Origin: Macrostomum lignano
Lineage: Eukaryota
DNA: 64,000 nt
Assembly (NCBI GenBank): GCA_002269645.1
Contig: NIVC01000051.1
Location: forward strand, 62,001 to 126,000
Direction of reading: 5' to 3'
The notes below the pieces were generated by a model. It ran no database searches. It saw only the letters and a program-made list of their open reading frames with translations, and had not been told where the DNA came from. Positions 56,351 to 64,000 of this stretch are shown here, piece after piece. The first letter of the stretch is position 1. Every line of letters starts with the position of its first letter. The position numbers and the translations under genes are program-made.

Positions 56351-57702
56351 GGTGCCCAACAGAGCTACACTCTTGCCGACGTACGCCAGCGCGCCGAAGC
56401 TGGCGGAGCCGGCAACAACAACAAATCGTCGAACGAAGCCGACGAAACACGCGACGCCGCTATTCAAGGCGTCCGGCTGGGCCTGCCGGCTGGCAACAGC
56501 AGCCGTCAAGTTGTTGAAGCCAACATTGAGAGCATGTCCCGAGAGAAACTAGTCGAACATCTCGTCCAGCTGGGTGTACCTCCGGCCGCTGAAGTGTCTG
56601 ACGCTGATCTGGCCGCTATGCTGAAGTTGGCCGTTCGCAGCGACTTCTGGCGCGGTGTCTGGCAGCAGCATCCCAATAAGGGCCTGCTGCGCATGTGGAT
56701 GTACGCTCACGATGGATTTAGAAAGCGGCTGACCGCCCTGCGCCAGACTGTTGCCGGCGATGCCGACTTGACTGCCGCTCAGGTGGGGCATAGATTTATT
56801 AGATTGCTTTGCCTTTTAGAAGAGAGTCCTTATCCCATTTGAGGATCCCCTCTAGTACCATTTCCAAGAATTCCCTCTGATACCGTTCCCAGGAATTCCC
56901 TGTGATACCGTTTCCAAGAATTCCCTCTGATACCGTTCCCAGGAATTCCCTGTGATACCGTTTCCAAGAATTCCCTCTGATACCGTTTCCAAGAGTTCCC
57001 TCTGATACCGTTTCCAAAAATTCTCTCTGATACCGTTCCCAAGAACTCCCTCTGATACTGTTTCCAAGAATTCACTCTGATACCGTTTCCAAGAGTTCAC
57101 TCTGATACCGTTTCTTCTAATAATTCCCTCGATACCTTTTAAGAATCGCCCCTGTTACCCTTTCCAATAGCCGCCCTAGTATCATTTCTAAGAATCCTCT
57201 CATTTTTATTACTCTTTTTTTTAAAATCGCAAACTTATTGAAAAAAGTCTTTTTGTCTACTGAAAGTAGGATAATAAATTTTTTTCTCATTTAATTTTTT
57301 GTTCAACAGGTCGCCGACGTGGACAGTCATTTGCAGGGATTTCTAAAAAAGAACGCTCCCCATTCGGAGTTTGAAGACACTCAACTGTTCCCCTACTTCA
57401 AAGAGGCCTATCCTCAGTTCGCTCAGTTCTGGCAGGAGATCGACAATCAGCATGGCAAGTTCAACGAAGTAGTGAAGAAAGCCACTGAGGCGATCGCTGC
57501 CGGCGCTTCCGGTGGCGCCAACGGCGACGCTAGAAAATCTCTGGCCGGCGCTGTTAACGGGCTGGCTGATTTCTATGAAGATCACCTGCTGCTTGAGGAG
57601 CGACTCATGGTGCCGCTTTGGCTCAATGTCACGGATGCTCAGAAGGCCGAATTGCGTAGCCGTCTGCGCGGAATGTATTGGCTGTCGTCATATTCATTCT
57701 GA
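56351..57702 (+). CDS. Hemerythrin-like (HHE cation-binding domain) protein
   Basis: Exons 56351-56782 (first in-frame ATG at 56534) and 57310-57702, phase-0 GT-AG intron. Spaced metal-ligand motifs AHDGFRKRL, HSEFEDTQLFP, EIDNQH and DHLLLEERLMVP are typical of hemerythrin-like four-helix bundles. The N-terminus is uncertain. Confidence 0.75.
56855..57200. repeat. 25-bp minisatellite TTTCCAAGAATTCCCTCTGATACCG in the hemerythrin-like intron
   Basis: About 11 units plus a degenerate tail. Confidence 0.9.
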
Positions 57703-58825
57703 TTTCTTGGGGTAGAGCGATGAGATTAGTTTTATCGTTAGAAGTTTTAGTAGTTTTATTACACTTTTCATTTAGCTACTTGAAGTAGTCAATAAAGAAA
57801 GGTTTGAATTTTAATCCAATCGATTTATAAACTTTGATCTGATCGATTTAACTTTGAGTTTAAAGGATTTGATTTAATGTTCAGATGACTTAGAGTAATA
57901 TGGAAGTTATAATTTGCTACTTCTAATAGCTTTTGTCAGAGAGAGGTATTTGACAGGAAAACAATTTTATCTATTGTTAATCTGTCTAAATGTTAGCAAT
58001 TCTAATGCTCTATTCGTAATCGTTAATCTTTAGCATACGTTATTTGTTATCGAATTGTTTTGATTGTATCAACAGCATATTTATATAGCTATGCTTTTTG
58101 TATGTCGTTCAATTGATGAGTAATTATAAATTTACAAACATATTATTCTTGGCCAGTCATTCTATTGTCGTAATCTGCGAATATTTATTATTTTTGTTAT
58201 ATTTGCATATTTTCTCTGTTAAAATACATGTACTCCTGATATAAGCTTGACAGCTGTTAATAGATTTGAGGTTAATAGTAAACATTTTTATCGTATGGTC
58301 TTTTCGTTGTGTGCTTTTGTTGGTTTATTACTTTTTGATTAAAATTAAAACAAAATTATCTTGTATTGTTTGTTCATTAAAGTCCGTTCTAAATATCATC
58401 CTTAAAAAGTTGCTTTTTCAAGTTTTTATATATTGTCTCAAAAAGAGTGTGTACTTTAAAAGTACATGTTATCAGTTTGTACTTTAAAAGTACACGTGCT
58501 CTCGGTGTGCACTTCAAACATACATGTACTTTATCTTTGTTCTACTATAATTACAATTGCATTATATTTTTATTTTTTTGTTCGGTGTCTTTAGATAGTA
58601 GCTAAAAAAATCTTAAAACTTTGAATTATGTGCAACAAAATAAAAAGCGCAATTTAATTTTTTGCTGCTCTTTGTTCTAGTTTGTGTGTGTGCGTTTGTT
58701 TGTGTTTGTTGTTTCGTTGCATTATTTAACTACAAAATCTTACTGGCGTTTTTTTCTCGAGCTATAATTTTGTAGCAGGTTCTCTGTTGCTTTCAGGGAG
58801 AGTTGGCCAGCAGGTGCCTTTTGGG

Positions 58826-60085
58826 CAGTAGATAGAGATGCAGGTCAGTAGAGATAGAGATGCAGGTCAGTAGAGATAGAGATGCAGGTCAGTAGAGATA
58901 GAGATGCAGGTCAGTAGGGATAGAGATGCAGGTCAGTAGAGATAGAGATGCAGGTCAGTAGAGATAGAGAGGCAGGTCAGAAGAGATAGAGATGCAGGTC
59001 AGAAGAGATAGAGATGCAGGTCAGTAGAGATAGAGATGCAGGTCAGTAGAGATAGAGATGCAGGTCAGTAGAGATAGAGAGGCAGGTCAGAAGAGATAGA
59101 GATGCAGGTCAGTAGAGATAGAGGCGCAGGTCAGTAGAGAGAAAGGCGCAGGTCAGTAGAGATAGAGGCGCAGGTCAGTAGAGAGAAAGGCGCAGGTCAG
59201 TAGAGATAGAGGCGCAGGTCAGTAGAGATAGAGGCGCAGGTCAGTAGAGAGAAAGGCGCAGGTCAGTAGAGATAGAGGCGCAGGTCAGTAGAGAGAAAGG
59301 CGCAGGTCAGTAGAGATAGAGGCGCAGGTCAGTAGAGATAGAGGCGCAGGTCAGTAGAGAGAAAGGCGCAGGTCAGTAGAGATAGAGGCGCAGGTCAGTA
59401 GAGAGAAAGGCGCAGGTCAGTAGAGATAGAGGCGCAGGTCAGTAGAGATAGAGGCGCAGGTCAGTAGAGATAGAGGCGCAGGTCAGTAGAGAGAAAGGCG
59501 CAGGTCAGTAGAGATAGAGGCGCAGGTCAGTAGAGATAGAGGCGCAGGTCAGTAGAGAGAAAGGCGCAGGTCAGTAGAGATAGAGGCGCAGGTCAGTAGA
59601 GAGAAAGGCGCAGGTCAGTAGAGACAGAGATGCAGGTCAGTAGAGACAGAGATGCAGGTCAGTAGAGATAGAGGCGCAGGTCAGTAGAGATAGAGGCGCA
59701 GGTCAGTAGAGAGAAAGGCGCAGGTCAGTAGAGATAGAGGCGCAGGTCAGTAGAGAGAAAGTCGCAGGTCAGTAGAGAGAAAGGCGCAGGTCAGTAGAGA
59801 TAGAGGCGCAGGTCAGTAGAGATAGAGGCGCAGGTCAGTAGAGATAGAGGCGCAGGTCAGTAGAGAGAAAGGCGCAGGTCAGTAGAGATAGAGGCGCAGG
59901 TCAGTAGAGAGAAAGGCGCAGGTCAGTAGAGACAGAGATGCAGGTCAGTAGAGAGAGAGGCGCAGGTCAGTAGAGATAGAGATTCAGGTCAGAATAGATA
60001 GAAATGCAGGTCAGAAGAGATAGAGATGCAGGTCAGTAGAGACAGAGGCGCAGGTCAGTAGAGATAAAGATTCAGGTCGGTAGAT
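58826..60085. repeat. 22-bp minisatellite CAGGTCAGTAGAGATAGAGGCG
   Basis: About 57 units with alternating variants. Confidence 0.96.
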
Positions 60086-60512
60086 ATGGAATTAGAAGTA
60101 AGAAGTCTAGCAAAAAGATTAGCACGAACTATAGCTAGGTGCTGCGAGCTGCCTATGCTATCGTATGCAAAGGTCTCGATGCAGTCTGCATACGTTGTCT
60201 ATACGTTTTCTCTATCGCAGGGTAGATTGTGCTCGGTCCGATATATGCTGTATACACAATAGTTTTGTTTGTACAAGGCTTACGAGAGCACACAAAGCAG
60301 CTATCTCTGTCTTATTTAACTACTTGGCCTCATACTATATGCTTCGTTTTTACACAGTAAAGCACCTGGATATCTGTCCAGCTAGTTGCTATGTCAGATA
60401 GTAAAAAGGCATACGCTAATATGAATCACCTTTTGTTGATCAGTCTTGACAGTGCATTTTCGATCGGTCGTTTCATTTCAGCTACAATACGAGGCAAAAA
60501 AAGCAGGCAACA

Positions 60513-63500
60513 ATGGCATCATCTGTGGTGCATTCCCGAGCTTACCTGCTCATTGAACAGGAATTGCTAAAATTTGAACGTAATCCTGTTAAGGTAAGTC
60601 TATTGAATCAGTACTTTGGAAATCTACCGGGAATCGCCATCTAACCTCATTAGGAATCGCCCTCTAACCTCATTAGGAATCGCCCTCTAACCTCATTAGG
60701 AATCGCCCTCTAACCTCATTAGGAATCGCCCTCTAACCTCATTGGGAATCGCCCTCTAACCTCATTGGGAATCGCCCTCTAACCTCATTAGGAATCGCCC
60801 TCTAACCTCATTAGGAATCGCCCTCTAACCTCATTAGGAATCGCCCTCTAACCTTATTGGGAATCGCCCTCTAACCTCATTAGGAATCGCCCTCTAACCT
60901 CATTGGGAATCGCCCTCTAACCTCATTGGGAATCGGCCTCTAACCTCATTGGGAATCGCCCTCTAACCTCATTGGGAATCGCCCTCTAACCTCATTGGGA
61001 ATCGCCCTCTAACCTCATTAGGAATCGCCCTCTAACCTCATTAGGAATCGCCCTCTAACCTTATTGGGAATCGCCCTCTAACCTCATTAGGAATCGCCCT
61101 CTAACCTCATTGGGAATCGCCCTCTAACCTCATTGGGAATCGGCCTCTAACCTCATTGGGAATCGCCCTCTAACCTCATTGGGAATCGCCCTCTAACCTC
61201 ATTGGGAATCGCCCTCTAACCTCATTAGGAATCGCCCTCTAACCTCATTGGGAATCGCCCTCTAACCTCATTGGGAATCGGCCTCTAACCTCATTAGGAA
61301 TCGCCCTCTAACCTCATTGGGAATCGCCCTCTAACCTCATTGGGAATCGGCCTCTAACCTCATTGGGAATCGGCCTCTAACCTCATTGGGAATCGCCCTC
61401 TAACCTCATTGGGAATCGCCCTCTAACCTCATTGGGAATCGCCCTCTAACCTCATTGGGAATCGCCCTCTAACCTCATTAGGAATCGCCCTCTAACCTCA
61501 TTGGGAATCGCCCTCTAACCTCATTGGGAATCGGCCTCTAACCTCATTAGGAATCGCCCTCTAACCTCATTAGGAATCGCCCTCTAACCTCATTGGGAAT
61601 CGCCCTCTAACCTCATTGGGAATCGCCCTCTAACCTCATTGGGAATCGCCCTCTAACCTCATTGGGAATCGCCCTCTAACCTCATTAGGAATCGCCCTCT
61701 AACCTCATTGGGAATCGCCCTCTAACCTCATTAGGAATCGCTCTCTAACCTCATTGGGAATCGCCCTCTAACCTCATTGGGAATCGCCCTCTAACCTCAT
61801 TGGGAATCGCCCTCTAACCTCATTGGGAATCGCCCTCTAACCTCATTGGGAATCGGCCCAATCCTTCAAAATTCAGGGCATCCGAGTCTATCCAACCAGG
61901 GCCGGCAATCTATTTTCACTGTCGGCAAAGATCAAAGGCCTACCAGATACTCTGTGGGACGGTGGCGTATTGAAGCTCAGACTAAGATTCTCCGAGAGCT
62001 ACAATTATGTGCCACCTGAGGCTAATTTTGTGACTGTGCCATTTCATCCTAATGGTAAGAGATGTTTTTATTATTTATTAATATAGTGCTAAGATGTCCT
62101 CTAGGTCAAACAAAGATTATTTTTAAACTACTTAGTGAGTAGGGTGTATTAGGGTAATGTAATGGGTAATGACCTGAGGTTAGTTCAGTCAAAAATGTAT
62201 TTTATTCCCAAAACAATACTCGTTTAGTTTAATTGCGAGCTATTATTGATCTTTGTGTAGTTTTTCAAGAGCTCTGTTAAAAAATACCTGCAACATTAAT
62301 TTTTATAGTACTAACAGTAGTCCTACGACTTGTGCGTTGATTATAAAAGTAATTTGTTTAAAAAGGATTCGGGACCCCAAATCCCGGGATTTCGGGATCC
62401 CGGGATCCCGAGATTGCAATCCCTAGTACCAATCTACATTTTCGCTTTGCCATTCGCAGTTGAACCGGACACTGGTCGTGTTGCATGTCCTTATCTGGAC
62501 GATCCGCAGAAATGGAACGCGTCAGTTTCTTTAGCCGATTTATTGAGCAGCATTCAACAGCAGCTAACTGAGCCAAATGCTCAGCTAATATTGAATCCCG
62601 AGGCTGCCGAAATGATGAGCACTGATTATGAGCAATATAAAAGCGTAGTTGCTCAGTGCGTACAAATGAGCCAAATTGTTGAAAGTGAGTTCGCGTCTTG
62701 TATTTTGTTTTTTTAGGTTAGTGTTAGTTAATTATTGTCATTTTCAGCTACATTATCATGTTTTAATTTTAATAAAGAATCACATTTATTGTCTTTTTAG
62801 CTACAGAAGTCGCCATTTCTCCACCAAATCCGCCCGCAAAGCCTTTGCGAGCTGGCATCGTAGTTTCTATGTGTAATTTTTTCAGTGAAATAGAAAATTA
62901 TTTTTGTTTGTTTGTTGAATGTGCCAGTATTTTAGCTAATTTAACGATGTTGAATACAAGCCAAATTAGCACAATATTTAAAGTCCCGCATACATACATT
63001 GAGACCGAGATAAAATGAAAAGCTGGTTGGTAATATTAAGGTCGCGTTAACTTTGCTTGAACCCATTCGCACTTTCGCGATAAGATAAATATAGTTAGGG
63101 TAGAGGAAGGATTGGTTGACGGCCCAACCAGATCGATAAAACAGTCACCCACCCCCATCTAGCCAGCAGCGATTAAGTGAAGTTGGCGGGGTAGGAAAGA
63201 GGTTTAAGGCCGATAATAAAATCGATAAAAAAACACCCACCCACCCCCTGTGACTGTACATGACCAGCAGCGATAGATATAAGTTGACGGGAGGTTAGGA
63301 AACTCGGGTTGGTGGACTACCAGCTAATCGATAATAAACTCACCCACCCCATTCCATCCGGGCCTATGGGACTATGGCGCTTAGGGGGCCAGAGTGTACA
63401 TTTGTCTATGGGGCTTTGTGGGCAGAGTGTACATTTGTCTATAGGGCTTGAAGGTAGAGTGTACATTTGTATATGGGGCTTGGCAGGGGCAGGGCAAGAG

Positions 63501-64000
63501 TGTACATTGTCTATGGAAAAGGTCACTTTGACAAAACAGTTAATTAAGTACAGATGAAAATAAAAGCTATTGAATTCGCGGAAGTGCGCCGATTATCATT
63601 AATAGAAGCTTTTATTAATTACTGTGGAATCATATCTACCTTATTAGTAATACTATAAGAAATCTATTAATGTCAGAGTAAATTACTAACATGACTTCTT
63701 AGATAAGTGATTTTTATTCGAAATCATGCTATTTACCACCACCACTATCGGATATTGTTTCTTAATATTATCTGAGGAAACCTGACTCAAACCTGACTTT
63801 ACATGAATCCATGCTTAAATTAGTTACACCTTTGTTTAACAAGTATATTTCAGTTTTTTTATTTTCAAATTAAATCTTCCAGACTCCCCAGACAAGCTGC
63901 GACCATTCTCTCCATCGGGCGACGACGAGAATCCCGATGCGTCTGGCGGTGTGCGTCAACCCGTAGAGATCGAATACGATTTGGACTATTTGAACCGACC
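60513..64000 (+). CDS. UBE2U: Ubiquitin-conjugating enzyme E2, UBE2U-like; 3' end lies outside the window
   Basis: Exons 60513-60593, 61877-62054 and 62460-62684, with probable further exons starting at 62801 and 63883. Protein: HSRAYLLIEQEL...YNYVPPEANFVTVPFHPNVEPDTGRVACPYLDDPQKWN. HPN motif and catalytic Cys are present; RAYLL, PFHPN and LD.P.KWN resemble UBE2U as I recall it. Confidence 0.8.
60627..61860. repeat. 23-bp minisatellite GGGAATCGCCCTCTAACCTCATT in UBE2U intron 1
   Basis: About 53 units. Confidence 0.96.

Noticed and set aside
58725-58820. Possible minus-strand terminal exon (APAGQLSLKATENLLQNYSSRKKRQ*)
   Set aside because: Short, with no recognisable homology and no matching upstream exon.
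62371-62425. Palindromic GGGATCCCG cluster resembling a hAT terminus
   Set aside because: Only one end is visible and there is no TSD; too little to call.

Overview
Eukaryotic (metazoan) genomic DNA. Compact GC-rich exons and introns full of minisatellites suggest a free-living flatworm such as Macrostomum; this is an inference and the taxon cannot be proven from the window. I reconstructed six spliced genes by hand, checking splice phases. On the minus strand, in tandem, are REC8-like kleisin, ANKZF1/Vms1 and PAXIP1/PTIP. On the plus strand are RUVBL2 (head-to-head with PAXIP1), a hemerythrin-like (HHE) protein and a UBE2U-like E2 that runs off the window. Nearly every intron over about 300 nt carries its own tandem array or transposon, and most long ORFs in the supplied track are translations of these repeats. 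Mobile DNA comprises a near-intact 2,925-bp SPIN/Buster-type hAT with a perfect 8-bp TSD, several MITEs, a decayed Penelope-like element, an IS630/Tc1-like fragment between long inverted repeats, and two tRNA-derived SINEs. The best leads are: (i) the hemerythrin-like gene, whose open frame starts at a splice acceptor and would read MGAQQS (a myristoylation motif) if a spliced-leader AUG supplied the Met; (ii) intronic arrays built from splice-site-like units, one of them shared by two genes; (iii) paired repeat copies showing CpG decay within an AT-rich domain around the PAXIP1/RUVBL2 promoter.
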